Of a stretch of DNA of 64,000 bases, positions 35,051 to 49,853 are shown one piece after another. The translations under genes were made by a program, and so were the position numbers. Source of the DNA: Rhizophagus irregularis (taxonomy: Eukaryota). Position 1 is the stretch's first letter. The number at the start of each line of letters is the position of its first letter. The notes beneath the pieces are model-generated. The model saw only the letters and a list, made by a program, of their open reading frames with translations, was not told the DNA's origin and searched no databases. The stretch spans positions 1,674,001 to 1,738,000 of the forward strand of contig NC_089430.1 of assembly GCF_026210795.1 (NCBI RefSeq). The letters run 5' to 3'.

Positions 35051-36980
35051 TTAATTATATTCTTTAATAATTCCAAAAATTCAACTTCGTCAATCTGAAC
35101 TTTATGATCTTTAAAAAAAACTATTCCGGAAGCAATGTTATTTTCCTACTAAAAAGAAAAAAAAAGAATGTTAAAATTACATTCTTTAAATATTTTCAAT
35201 TCACAAAATTATGAGACGAACTTTACCTTCAAAAACCATTTTGTCTGTCTTTTTGATGAACCGATCGAAAGGTTTTAACAAAATGGAATTGTTTAAAGAA
35301 ATATAATTCTAAAAGAAGACGTTAATATACGGTGAATGTGACATAGCGTAACATTGATATTCAACTGATGCTGTTATGTAAATTTGGTTAAAATATTTTG
35401 ATATTGCTTACAGATGACGCATACACATGACCTTATGACATATAATCATATATACAAATCGTACTTTGTGTTTTGTGTTTCATGAAATATCCGGGTAATG
35501 TGACCCTTATTTTCGGTCATGTACAACTAATCATTTTTATTTCTACTTGTTAGAACATAGTAAAGTCAAAAATATAATATGTCTTGTTGTTATGCAACTC
35601 AACGATGATAACATGAAAAGGTAGCAAGAGAAAACATGTTGGTGTCGTGAGTTTCAAGTGGGTCAAATAGTGAATTAATATGACAGCATCTAGTTTCGCA
35701 GATTTCATTAGGGACCGAAGGATGATATTTTCATTGTATCGTACTTTAGGAACAAATAGGTCCACTAAAAACTGTTGAATGAGTATCCCATAGTAGATGC
35801 TAGAAAAACAGCTGTATCACAAGAGTGTAAAAGGAAATGACACAAAAAAAGCCCAAATTCACTGTATACGTTAGTACGTATCACATGACAAAAAACTACC
35901 AATGCAAGAGATTTTACGTACGACACTGGTGTAACATAATTCGTCAGCTTTTTAATTTCCCGAGAATATTGAAATTTCTTTTTACATAATTCCTTGGTGG
36001 ATGCATGAGAATGCATAAATACTGTAGGTTGGCAAATCAAAATAGGGGGCAGTAACAATTCCTTCCGAACTGCAAGGCATTGCTTCTTTTCAAAATTACC
36101 AGAACAGTATTAACGAAAATTCTGATGAAGAAATAACTTTTAGTTATCACATGAAAATAGAAACCAATTTCCTGGGGTTGGGTCTCCAATCATTTTGATT
36201 AGATAAATTTTTACGCTATTCTGTATTTCTTTTCTTACGTTTATAAGTTTCTTTCTCCCTGCTTTTACGTTTTCGATCCACTAATATAAACTATTTATTA
36301 AAATTAAATTCGATCGATCATTTAAACTTTAAACTATAAAAATGGTTACACATCCTGATTGGGTAGACAGACATACATTTTCGGTAATGCTTCGGACAAT
36401 AATTCTATTGTTCATTTCGCAATGATGATTGTATAAATTAAGAAAATTTTTTATTTAATTTTCTATAAATAGTGTCGATTTGTACTAGTAATTAATAGAG
36501 AAAAGGAAAGGGGTATTAATATTTTGCGATTGTTACAATAGCAAGCGATCGGATAAAAAAAATGTATACATTTCAAAGAACGAATTCATATGTATATGAC
36601 AAATTTTTATGCACAAACAATGTAAAAAAAAAAATCCTAAAGAACCATAATTGGAAGACTTCAATCGAAATAAATAAGCATGCATGATGCATTCATGCAC
36701 GTATTCTATTTTTAATTATAGAATGAACTTTAAATGAGCAATTTATTTTTTCCTGAAATATATATATTATATTTTTTAATTAATTATTTTTTCCTAAATT
36801 AAGTAAGACTTATATTTAATAAATTTTATCTTGATAAGATGATGGTAAATTAATGATTCTTGACAAATATAAAAGAAGCGACAATTTGCTTCACTTCCCT
36901 AACCAAAAAAAAATAATTCTATTATAACGATAATTATTAATTATAAATTAATTTTATTCAACAATTTTTCAAAAATCAAA

Positions 36981-37406
36981 ATGATCTCAAGAAAATTGCT
37001 CCTTTTGGCCACGGTCGCCTTGTTTTGTATGATCTTTATTGGATCAACTCAAACAGCTCCATTGAATAAACGAGAAGCCACCGCTATCGCTGACTTTAAT
37101 AATGGGATTTCAGGTGAAAGCACCTTCATAGATGTTGGTTCTTATCGTTTAACTGGATCATTTACTAGAGGTTTCGAAAAAGATACGAATATTCAAAATT
37201 ATGAATTTTTTGTAATAACCAAGGATAGAAAGAAGATTGATTATACTAAAGACTTTATAAAAAGTGTCAAAATTTTTCCAGCTGGTGGTACTTCACCTTT
37301 TCAAAAAGTTTATGAAGGTTTTCACATTTGTGATCTTGTTGGCGGTACCTTTTTTGTTAATCATAAAGGAAAGAAATTTTCTGAAGCTTTAATTAAATAT
37401 GCTTAA
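36981..37406 (+). CDS. Small secreted protein (candidate effector)
   Basis: Signal peptide MISRKLLLLATVALFCMIFIGSTQTA, then PLNKR Kex2-like site; 141 aa; TATA-like box ~110 bp upstream. Confidence 0.85.
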   Translation: MISRKLLLLATVALFCMIFIGSTQTAPLNKREATAIADFNNGISGESTFIDVGSYRLTGSFTRGFEKDTNIQNYEFFVITKDRKKIDYTKDFIKSVKIFPAGGTSPFQKVYEGFHICDLVGGTFFVNHKGKKFSEALIKYA

Positions 37407-37958
37407 AAAAAATATAAAAAATTTACGAATTCTAATAATATTCTTTTTTTTTAAAAAAAAAAATATTATAGTATATATACTGTATGTAGTTTCTTCCTAT
37501 TCCTATAATTTTTTTTAATTATCAAAATAGTAGATAGATATGTTTTCGTAGTATCTTAATAATAAAACGTTCATAATCAGTTAAATACTTTGTGTTCAAT
37601 AAAATTTTTTATTATGCGCTCTCCAATATTTATACAGTGCTTATAATGATTTAATTGTGTGTCAAATAGTTTCTTTTAAAAATTATACCATGATCAGTGA
37701 TAATTAAAAAAATAAATAATTTCGTTCAAGAATTATATATTATACACTAAATATAATTTATAAAAATCTAATTTATATTACATGGTGTAAATCAATTAGT
37801 TATAATAATTTAATATTAAAATCTGAATATAAAGCTTACAAAAAGTTAATAAAAAGTTTGTCGCTAATCAATATGATGCTCTACGGGTTGACGGGTGTTA
37901 TGCCACTTCGTGCACACATCATCATATCATTATTAAGCATCGTACAATAATATATTAT

Positions 37959-38067
37959 CCCTATAAAAAATTTTTCAGAAAAATGATCACGTGTCTGAGT
38001 TTCTTCGGAATAAAAACTAGAAAAATAATTTTATTTATCAGAGTTTTTCCAGAATTTTTTTATAGGG
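37959..38067. mobile_element. Short MITE of the CCCTATAAAAAA family
   Basis: Same TIR as 9718-9915; TSD imperfect (TAT/CAT); lone ends of the family also at ~39786 and ~53682. Confidence 0.6.
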
Positions 38068-40799
38068 CATGAAATAGAAATATCTTTCTTTGTTGCATTT
38101 TTATAAATTTATATTATCCTAATACAATACTTTTTGAATAGTACAAGAAAAGTTGATAGGTTTATATTTGAGTGATTATTTTGCAATACACAAAACCTTT
38201 CTTTTTTTTGGATAATGTCATGTAATTCTGACCCTGAAGAGATGCGTATAGTTAATAGTAAATGAGTTATTACCTACTATCTATGTATTACTCGGGTCCT
38301 AAAACCTCCTTTTTGTGTGTGTGTGATGTATGACAATTTATTTATTTTATCCGGGTATTTATGCATGATTTCGTTCCCCGGTTTTTTAATTTTTATTATT
38401 TTGGATAATAAATTTATTCGTTAAATTTATTTTTCCATAAAAATATGGCATAATAATAAAAATATGGCGTGATAATCGAATTCATTTCAAAATATGCAAT
38501 ATTTTATAAACAGCAATTTTTAATACGCATTTATATATATATATGAATAAATTAATGATTGCTAAATTTAGAGTTAGGTTGTGATAAATAAAGTAGAATT
38601 TAATGCATGTATAATGTAGACAGTCTGTGCATATATTTAACTTATTTTTGTAAAAATAGTTTTGCACTCGAAGCACAAATCACGTGATTATTTGTATTAC
38701 TAAACAGAATAGTCATTTACTGATAAAAGTATAGTTGACTCTGAAAATAATACTAATTGTGTGGATTTAGATGTCGAAGAATAACATGCCGTACATCATA
38801 TGATATTCAGTTGTCTCAGAACTTTAGTTTGACTGCATTAATTAAAAAAGTTGTATTTTCACACAGTCGTTGACAAAAGATATACTTAATTTTACATTAA
38901 AAATAATAGATAGCATAAAATTTGTTTGATTGATTTTAAAACTATTACAATCTAAAATTCTATTTAAATATCATTCAAATCCTTTTTCTTTGATAAAACC
39001 ATTCTTTTAATTCCAATTTTAGATCTATTTAAAGAAGAATTTCACAATTTCATTTATAAAAAAAAACGAAAAAAAATACATCCAATATATGATAATAATA
39101 GAGCCAAATTTCACAAAATTATGATACTGGATAAAAGCTTTTAATTGTTTTACTTTGAGAAATACTAAAGTTTGTTGAAAAATAATAAATTCTTTATAAT
39201 AAATTTCAAAATTAATTAATTACAGTAAATAAAAGTATTTAAAATATTATTATATGAAACTGCAAAATATCTTATAACTCACGGTTGGTAGTTAGCTTCT
39301 TATTTCACTAAAACTGCACGTACGTCATCAAAGTACAAAATTTTTCATAAAATTTTATTATATATTATTCTACTACATCATCAAATTAATATCAAATTAA
39401 TTTTATTTATTTTATTTTATTTAAAAAATGCTAACATTAAAAAAAGAATTGGAACATGACTTATTTAATTTGAAAAATTCAAAAATATTTTTTAATAAAT
39501 TTCTATATATGTACCTCGGACACATTCCTTCCAAAGAAATTTTTGAAAAAAAAGTTTCCATATATATTCCGGACATTTTCTGTATTAGAAATCACAATTT
39601 TTTTTTTAATAATAATTTCAACATATTTTGATCAAACAAAAATTTCCGTACGTTATCTGGAGATTTAATAAATAGGACAAAAATATATCGTATAACGCAG
39701 GCCATGTATAATTTCTCCCCTCTTTTTATGAAAAAATCTCCAATTTCTTTTAATTTCACTATTTAAACATTTTAATTCTATCCAGCCCTATAAAAAAATT
39801 GGATACGTTTTTTATAAAGTTTTTATACGATTTTTTTCCTTAGAAATAACGTATCATAATAGGATACGGAAAATGCACAATTCCGTATCACTAAAAATAT
39901 GGTTTGGATATGGAATTTGCACGGGATTCATATGGAATTTACATGATTTGATCACTGATTTTATCACAAAATTTATACGATTTGGTCACATAAATCTAAT
40001 TTTACTTTATTAAATTAAATAAAAAATAAAAAATAAACAAAATACAATTACATTATAAAAATTCCCTCCTTATTAAAACCACCTATTGCAACCAAAATTA
40101 TCTATAAGTTCACAACCTAAAAAAATAAAAAAGAAAGAAACATAAGAATGTTTAACTTAATTGGAAACAAAACTCACCCCTCATATAGTATCTGCAAACA
40201 TCCAAGTCACCAAAGGTCAGCATTCCTATAAAAAAAGAAAAAGAACTCCAGAATGTCTGACCTACATAAAAGAAAAGAATTATGAAAAAGAAACCAAAAC
40301 AACAAAATAAATCCAAAACTGACTTACAAAAAAAGAAGACTCTGAAGTAACAAAACTGAAACAACCTACAAAAAAAAAGAATCTGAACCCAACTTACAAA
40401 AAAAAAAGAAAATTTGAACTGACCTAAAAAAAAAAAAATCCTGAACCATCCTACAAAAAGGAAAGAACTTCCAAACTGATCTACAAAAAAGAAAAAAGAA
40501 ACTGAATCTTCTCACAAAAAAAAATCTGCTGGCCTATGAAATAAAAAAAGGGATAATATAAATAAAAAAGAAAGGGGAATAAAGAATAAATCAAAAAAAA
40601 AAATTTTTTTAATCTTTACCACACACCAGGATCACTAACTAAAGCTATATTACCTATTATGTTTTTAATTTTAGCAGTAAATGATTCAGTTTATTCGTAA
40701 TTAGTATTTCTAATAGAACCATTAACTAAAAAAAAGAAAAAAAATAAATATAATATTCTTAAAATAATTTTCAAATTAATTATTTACCATATATTATTT

Positions 40800-41330
40800 C
40801 TTTTAAAGTTGAAATTTCTTCATTCTATCAGTGATTGTAAATCTCTGCATTTACCTATTATGAGAAAGAAGAAATTATTAATAGTGTGCTAAATTTTTAT
40901 TTAATGGTAAAGAAGACATAGCCAATTCCTCCTTTAGAATTAGCAGACTTTATCAATAACAAAGTAGGATGTTATTTGCTTGAGTTGGTTATCAAGTGAA
41001 CAAGAGAAATAAAAAAAAAGAAAAAAAAGAAAAAAAGGGAATAAAAAAATAAAAATAAAAATAAAAAAGAAAAAGCAGGTAATTTCAAGGAATTACCCAC
41101 TTTGCTCACCCTTACCCAACCCAAACAAATAAATCCAGTACCCTCCTAAGTAAAATTTGTGAACTCCCCGACTCAATGAGTTATCCGTTCTAATTTTAGC
41201 TTAGGAAGTTACCCACTTTGCAAATAAAAAATACACACCTCTTTTAAAGTCTCTTGAGCCATTTTACACTCATCTAGAAAACTGGTAATGCACCATTCAG
41301 AGAGCTTTCATCAGTTGTCTAATGTTTCAA
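40800..41330 (-). pseudogene. Gene relic sharing the intron of the 2334-7480 gene
   Basis: Intron 41238-40855 is homologous to 2586-2818; the downstream exon starts gtaaatgcagag versus gtaaatacagaa. Confidence 0.6.
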
Positions 41331-44170
41331 TACAAAATAGTGCTATAACTGATAAATAAAAAAAGGAATAAATATGATCCAATGATAAGAAGTCAGATAA
41401 CAAATATAAAGTATAAGTATAAACATAAAAAAAAAAAAATTTTCGCGTTTTTAATATTTGATACACACCCTTTTTCAAGAACTCCTCTAAGAAATAAGTT
41501 TATAAAACAACTGAAAACTCCACAAATAATATGTGGAGTGTTTTATGTGCACCTTCATTTTCATTTTATCCTATCGTTCTATAATAAAAAAAAAGATTTT
41601 TTTAATATTAATAATAAAGATTCAAGTATAAAAATAATAAAGTAATAAATATTTACTATTAGCTTTGCTGAAATATTGACAAAAATTTGATCACGGACGT
41701 CACTTCGTCCCTTTCATAGGTGTACGCGACGTCTTTGTTTATTAGGCTTCTTCAGAACGGTCTTAGCCTAGGGGTGATGATGAGTTTTCTGCTAATACAG
41801 AAGATATAAAGGAACAGGGTATGGGTGGATGGTGCGTGTTTGTTTGTGTATTTCTCACTCTTCTCTCGTTTTCCCTCTTTCTCTAGGTCTTCTCTTATAG
41901 TTCCCTTTCCTTTACATCTTCTATTAGATATGTAGGCTGGAAGTGTGGGTTGTGCGTAAGGGTAGAGTATGAGAGTATTTTTTTTTTTAGAAAAACCTGA
42001 TGGTATATATATATGTTGAGAGTATATATATATTTGTAAAAAAATCGCGACGCGTGAGTAAAAAAATGATGACTAACATTGTATCTATTGTATCTCGTGA
42101 TTCTGCAATTGATGAGATTGATGAGATGATGTGCGGAGCTTAATTATTATAATATAATATTATTTATGATTATAATAACCAATACTTTGTTGTGGCTTAG
42201 TGATTAGTAATCATATTTGAAGTTAGATATAATATTATTAAATATAATTTTAAGATATTAAAGTGGCTTTGTGATTAAAAAAATAGTATTTTATACAATA
42301 ATTTTATGTCCGACATGGATGATGTCAAATCATTGTACTACATGCTGAATCACCTGATCATCTCAAATAATTTATTCATTTACACGTTATAAAATTAATG
42401 TTTCTTCATAAAATTTATTAATTGTACAATTTTTATATTATCAATAACATTATTTTTTTTTTCATTGACTAGTGATTAAAATTGCATCAAATTTGACTAT
42501 ACATATTATGAGTAAACATTTACTAAATGTTTTAGGTCAGGATCGATTTCCAACGATGAGCATGATCACGAACCAGAGAAAATTATTTGTTCGTGTACCC
42601 CAAATTTTATTCATATGAATGGCATAGTTAACAATAACAATTCAAAAGCATCAGTATATCATCTGTTATGTCATATTTATTTAATTAGTCTTAAAAATTT
42701 GCTTTATTTTCGATCAAAATGAAAATCTTATTAACGTGATGGTTAACATTCTTACCAAACGATTTACAATAGTTAAGTCAGTCATTACTTATTTATTTCT
42801 TTTAATGAAATGTAATTTAGATATGTATATTACGCATTTTTAAATACATTATGTAACAACACTAACGACCTAACCTTAACATGATATATGAATCTGAAAT
42901 AATAGTTATTGCGTCAATCAAAAGTTCAATATGACTCACATTGACCTAATATTATTATTAGAGTTAGATATATTATGTAATAATTGTGTCTGATCTTTCC
43001 ACTCTTAGCCTCAAACGCGTAGAAATGAGGCAACTAAATTCCTCAAGGGTGCAACAGTATGCAAGAAAAAAAAATAATTTTCTTTTCTTCAGCCAACAAC
43101 TTCCGTTTAACACTAAAGAAAAAAAAAAGTATTTCTGGATAATTGATTATGTTCTGCTTCAGAATTATTATTATTATTATTATTAGACCTATCATTTGAT
43201 TTTCGATACTCTCGAAGATCAACGTGATCTTCACTACGACGACGAGAAGGTTTTGATCGTTCATGATCAGGTAATGGAGTATTGTGAGTAATATTCGGTA
43301 TATACCGTACCCATTTATCTTTGCCTTTTTTAGAAGAACTCTGGCATTTATGAATACGAAAATGGAATTACAAAAGATTTAGTTAAAGCGATTTATTGGT
43401 ATGAAATATCTTCCAAACGAGATTATCAATATGCGCAAAAAAATATTTTGAAATCTTTCATCAATTACGGTTTATTTTATATAGTTACCTGAAAAATGAA
43501 TAATAAATAATTTATTAAAATTTTTACTATTTTATGTTTTATAATGATGGAACCGAAAATATATCTAAATTTTAGAAGATTGCTATTCTAATATGTCTTT
43601 TCATTACATATGAATCCAAAATTTGCAAGTATCGACCCTAGTATTTTAATAAAAAAAAAAATGGTTTTAAAAAAATTTCCGAAGAAAAAAAAAAAACTTT
43701 AAAATATAGATGCAAGACTATAATTTTGGATATATGACGGGGAATGCAGAATCTTGTTGCAAAAGGAAATTTTTTTACCGATCTGCTTGTGTAATAATCA
43801 CCTGCTACAACTACAGCCGAAATACAAATACAGCAAAGGGTCTGTTGCAAAATAGGTCTCCTGGCGGACATTTGATATGTTTAAAGTTAAAAATGAATTA
43901 CAACTTATCCGTTATCGTTACTTTATAATTGTCCTTATTGAAAAAATTATTTTATATCAAACAATATCAATATTTTTTTTTCTTTACCAAATTGCCAAAT
44001 TCATGTCGTGCGATATGAACACCTAGCATGTAGCACAAGTTTGTGCGACAATGTTTCATATATATATGCGCTAAACCGCTTCCATTAAAAAATTTTCCGC
44101 TCATATCTTCTATGCAATAATATCTTATGATATTTGAATCAATTTTAAAGTCAAAATTGGATGAAAAAAA

Positions 44171-46372
44171 ATGGATCTGCAAAAAATTAGAATCCTTGTT
44201 GCTATAGATTTCGGAACGACTCATTCGAGTTTTGTCTATGTGCATATAGAAAATCCGGAAACTATCGTAATGAACTCTACTTGGTAAATTAAATATTTTT
44301 TTTTTACTTTTTTTTTGACGAGTGTTTTTAGTAAAATAATTAATTAAAAGGCCAGGACGTGAAGGTGTTTCTAAAATTCCTACTGCACTTAAGTATAATG
44401 AAACTTATACTCAAGTTATAAATTGGGGTGACTTGGCATTAGATGAGGAACTGGATGATACAGTTGATGATTTAAATAAGCGTTCTTGTCCAATTGAACT
44501 GTTTAAATTACATCTATCTAATTTAAGAGAAGATCAAAAACCTTGGTTACCTCCGCAATTAAATTACAAGAAAGCAATCGTAGATTATTTAACTCAAATG
44601 CGGATATTGATTAAAAGTACACTAGAAAGGATGTGGCCGACAATTAGTTTTCCGCAGCAAGTTGGTTTAATTCTAACCATTCCTGCTGAATGGGTATGTC
44701 GTACAAGATATGTTATTAGTAGTTATTTATTTTACAACTAATAATTAAATTCTTTAATAATATTAATTGAAGCCACCCCATAATACAACTGTCATGCGCG
44801 AATGTGCATATAAAGCTAGTCTCTTGACTACATTAAACTCTACACATCTTGAGTTTACTACTGAACGTGTGTATAATGATTAATTATTTCATGTCATTGG
44901 ATTAGGACGGTGAACTAATTTTTTCTTTGTTACAGCGGATGCAATTGCTTTATATTGCCTAAATGTTAAGGGGCATAATCTTCATTATGGAGGTAGTGGA
45001 TTTTTTTATGTAAAAAAAAATTATAATAATTGCTTTTTATAGATTACTTATCTGTTATATACTTTTTTTAAAAATAAAGATTCTTTCCTAGTTGCAGATT
45101 GTGGTGATGACACAGTCGATATTATAACGCGAAATTTCTTCAAAACAACCGATTAAATGAGATTACTAAACGTGTCGGCGATCTATGTGGTTTTACATTT
45201 GTTGATAAGGAATTTTTACACTTTCTTGAGCGTAAAGTTGGAATTCAAGCATTAGAAAAATTAAAACAATGTGAATATGGACAAGTACAGTGTTTGATTA
45301 AACAATTTTTTTCTACTCGGATTAGATTTAAATTTAACGAGGATCGTGAATGTTTTAGGACATGCAAGCTTAATTTGCAACAATATTGTCCTGATTTACA
45401 GGAATATGTTACGGGAGAATTTAAAGAGCAAATGGAAGAAGCTGGATGGATCATAAAGCTCGATTTTGAATCAGTGAAAAGGATGTTTGATCCAGTTGTA
45501 GATAGAATCATAAAATTGATTGATGGTCAATTAAATGATGTTAAGGAACGATGCCGTGCAATATTTTTAGTAGGTGAATTTAGTAAATCGCCTTATCTTT
45601 TGAGTAGAGTAAAAAAAAGCCTTTATAGATCAAGTTCCGATTATTGCATTGCCAACAGCCGCAGTTATTAGAGGTGCTATAATAAATGGATTAAACGTTA
45701 AACCTACTCACGACTTGTCAAATGAGGCATCTTCTGTTCATCGTATTTATGGTATGAGTGCGTTAAGATAGATTAATATTAGTAATGGCTGTAAATTTAT
45801 TGACTAATTCTTTATTACAAATTCGTAAAATCAATACAATATGGATTGATACTAGACGAGCTAGATAATTTAAATAAAATAAAAACAGTTTCATCTTCAT
45901 CGCGTGTTTTTGAAAGACATATGGTAAGTTGTAAACTAATTAATTAAAAAATACAGTATAATAAACTCCTATTTTATCTCTTTTAGGAATCAAAGCTACT
46001 CGCAAATGGAATCCTAGTGATCCAATTGAACGTAAACTTTCAGATGGAATGATTAATATTTTTTTACAAATAGCTAAACAAGGGAATGAAATTCCCATTG
46101 ATACAGGAATCTCAATGATTTTTAGTTCAAATTTCATTTCACGAAATAGTATAGATTTATTTATTACAGATGAACATGATGTAAAATATTGTGATTCTCC
46201 TGGGGTAAATTTAATTGGTACATTGAAGATTAGTACGCCCAGTACAATTAAAAACAGTGCTATTTCGATTACTTTATTGTTTAGTAATATAACAATTAAG
46301 GTTGTTGCTCAAGAAGTTGATGATAAAACTGGTTGGAAATATGAAACTTTATTTAATAATATAAGTTATTAA
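44171..46372 (+). CDS. HSPA12-like Hsp70/actin-fold ATPase, multi-exon, with apparent frameshifts
   Basis: VAIDFGTTHS, KIPTALKY, FKLHL, ILTIPAEW, FLVADCG, MFDPVVDRII, IFLVGEFSKSPYL; several GT-AG introns; frame slips near 45130 and 45615. Confidence 0.85.
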
Positions 46373-47351
46373 TATTTGTTAATTATTATTATTATTATAT
46401 AACATCCCATATTATACTAATAAATTATATAACAATTATTTACATTCCGAATATCACTGTGATATCTTATGTTGCACCAACAAATATTTACCTTATGATT
46501 TTCTATGTGTAATACCTTTCAGATAATTAAATCTCATATTCAAATCAAAACTTCTATGATCAACATCATAAAATTTAGTACTACGATATAATCTCATAAA
46601 AATAAAGAAATGGATACTACGCAAAATATACGTTTTTTTAAAATAATTTATAATACCAGATATACTGTACTATATATATATATTACTAGTATATATATTA
46701 TTATATATATAAGTGAATTGTAGCACTTACCAGAGGTAAAATTCACCAGAGGGAAATTCACCTCAGGTAAAATTCACCTTTACCATATTATATATTTATA
46801 TTTATTTCAGTATAAAAAAAACTAAATTTTTTACAATTTTAGTGCATATTATATATAAAATAAATGAATAAAAACTTGCCTAAAAATTAGTTTTTATACA
46901 TTATATAAATAAGGTAAAATTTATAATTTAACTCTTTATAAAATCAAAAATCATCATTTGGATAACAAAAAGTTATCCCATGCTTTTGTCTATTTTCATT
47001 CCTTCTAGATGCAATAATTTCATATTGACCAAAGGTTAGTCCGAAATCAATCCTTCTATTATCAAGATGTACGTCTAATAATGATTACAAAAAAGTTAAT
47101 TATAATTTATATATTTAGGTTATACAATTAACTCTGGCCAAATTATAATTCCGGCCGAAATTAAGAAATTAAAGTAATTTTACTGTGCAATAACTAAAGG
47201 AAAATAAATTAATTTACATAAAAATAATAAAAAATAAATTAATTAATTTAAAAAAATAAAGGCTAAAAAAAATTGAATTACTGCGCCACAATAAAGATTC
47301 GATTTTTTAATTCGATTTTTGATTAATCGATTTTGCTAGAATCGATTCCAT

Positions 47352-47713
47352 TCTCTACCTTCGCTTACGCTGACTTTTCTAATGGGGATGCAGGTCAATG
47401 GACCTGGACAACTGGTTATTTTAATTTGATAAAAGGTCCAGTACTGATTCTTATCATTTTCGTGGATTATTTACTAGAGGTTTCGAAAAAGATACGAATA
47501 TCCAAAATTATGAATTTTTTGTAATAACCAAGGATGGGAAAAAGATTGATTATACTAAAGACATTTGAAAATGTCAAAATTTTCTCAGCTGGTGGTACTT
47601 CACCTTTTCAAAAAGATTATAAAGGTCTTAAAGTTATAGAACTTGCTGGCAGTACCTTTTTTGTTAAGCATAAAGGAAAGAAATTTTCCGAAGCTTCAAT
47701 TAAATGTGTTTAA
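47352..47713 (+). pseudogene. 5'-truncated paralog of the 36981-37406 secreted protein
   Basis: High similarity from tttactagaggtttcgaaaaagatacgaat to the stop; the 3' flank stays similar to ~48045; no signal peptide; frame broken. Confidence 0.85.
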
Positions 47714-49094
47714 AAAAAAAAATAAAAAGATTTGTGAATCCTAACAATATTCTTTTTTTAAAAAAAAATATTATAGTATATACTGTATGTAGTTTCTTCC
47801 TATTCCTATAATTTTTTTTTAATTATCAAAATAGTAGATAGATATATTGTCGTAGTATCTTAATAAAAAGTTCATAATCTTTTAAATATTTTGTGTTCAA
47901 TAAAATGTTTTATTATACGTCCATTAATATTTATATAGCGTGTTTATAATGATTTAATTGTGTCAAATAATTTCTTTTAAAAATTATACCACCAATCTGT
48001 GATAATTAAAAAAATAAAAAATAAATAATTTCATTCAAGAATTATAAAATCTATATAACTAAAAAAATTTTCTTCCGTATAAATAATTTGAATTGTGTAA
48101 CTTGAAATCCCATACCATATAATTAAACCCCATGACGTGCCTCTGCCTATGGTCAAAAACTATTCGATCCATGTGCATTCCAATCAACTAATCCAATTTC
48201 AGTTAATAAATTTTACTTTATTCATAATGATTATTAATTTTTTTTGCCCAAAATATTATTTTTTGGTTCCTTTTTCAGACTGAAAAAAATTTTTTCTCCC
48301 TTTTCTTCTTTCGGTTTGGTTTTTTTTTTTGGGACCAAAAAATTTGTTTTTCTCATTCTTTTCCCGTTCAGGTTTAATTTTTTTTTCCCAAACTGAAAAA
48401 TTTTTTTTTTTATTAAATAATCTCATTGTTTCGGTCTTTTAAGACCGATTTTTTTTATATTATTTTTTTTTCGATCTTTTTTTTTAGACCGTATTGTTAT
48501 TTTTTTTTAAATTGATTTTTTTTTTGTTTTTTTCTTTCCCCAAATTTTTTTAAATTTTTTTTTCTTTTTTTATTATCAAATAAAGAAATAAAATATTATA
48601 ATAAATATATTTAAAAAATTATTATTTTTTTAAAAAAAATCAATATAACATATAAGGTCGACGTTGATAGAAAGTTGATTAAGATTTTTTCAATTAAATC
48701 GAACGCTGGATAAATAGTTTGATTTTCAAATTCATAAAAATCAAAAAAATTGACATTTTTTCAATATTTTATAATTAATTAATTGAAGAAATTGTTGATT
48801 TAATAATAACCAAATCCATATCCGAAATTTTCTAAATAATCACCAGATTTTTGAATAAAGGTTTTAACTCAAATGGTTTAGTTAAATTAATAATTTATCG
48901 AGTAAAACGAGTATCAAAAGAATAATATTATGAAAATACTACAAATATTTTTTTAATTAATTATAAATTTTATAATTATTTCTTATTTTATATTACGTCA
49001 ATCTTAAACTTATAACCAACTTAGGAAAAATATTTGAATAATTAAATGTGTTAGAATCTGTTCATTTCATTTATTATTAAAGTTTTTTCGAAAA

Positions 49095-49500
49095 TACTTC
49101 TGAAAAATTAATCAAAAAGAATGAGGGTGAATGAAAAAAATAGGGAGAGTAAAGGGAATAAAAGAAACGAAGGGGAAGTGAGGGAGGAACGAAATGGAGC
49201 AAAGGGGGAGTGAAAAAAACGAAAGGGAATGAAAAAAAAATGAAAAAAATGAAGGGGACGAAATGGAGCAAAGGGAATAAAAAATGAAAGGAACAAAGGG
49301 TAAAGAGATGTGGGAATGGAATAAAAACGAAAGGAATGAAGGTAGTGTAAAGGAATGAAAAAGACGAAAGAAATAAAAAACAACGGAAAAAACGAAGGAA
49401 AGGAAGAATAAAAAGAGCAAAAGAAATGAAGAGACAAAACAAAAAAATGGAGAAGGGACGAAAATGAGATAAACAGGGGGACCAAGTAAAAACCAAACCC
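49095..49500. repeat. Purine-rich low-complexity tract
   Basis: G/A-rich degenerate units such as acgaaatggagcaaaggg. Confidence 0.6.
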
Positions 49501-49853
49501 ATAAAATACAAGAAGAAATAAAGTTAGTAGGGAACAGAAATTACATGTAATAAATAAACGAAAACAAAAAAATAAAAAACATACCTTAGTGGTTGCAGAG
49601 AAGAACCAAAAGACCTAAAAAGAACGAAATACAAAATGTAAGAAACGAAATATTAAGAATGGAATAAAAAATAACGAAACGGCCATATAATGGTGTTCAT
49701 ATCTTAATTGCAAAATCGAAAGAGCCAAAGGACCTAAAAAATAAAATAAAGTTAGTAGGAAACAAAATGCAAGAAGCAAAATTGAAAAAAAAAGTACCTT
49801 AAGTGTCGTGCAAAGGAGTGAAAGGACCTAAAGAAAAAAAAGATTTATCTTAA

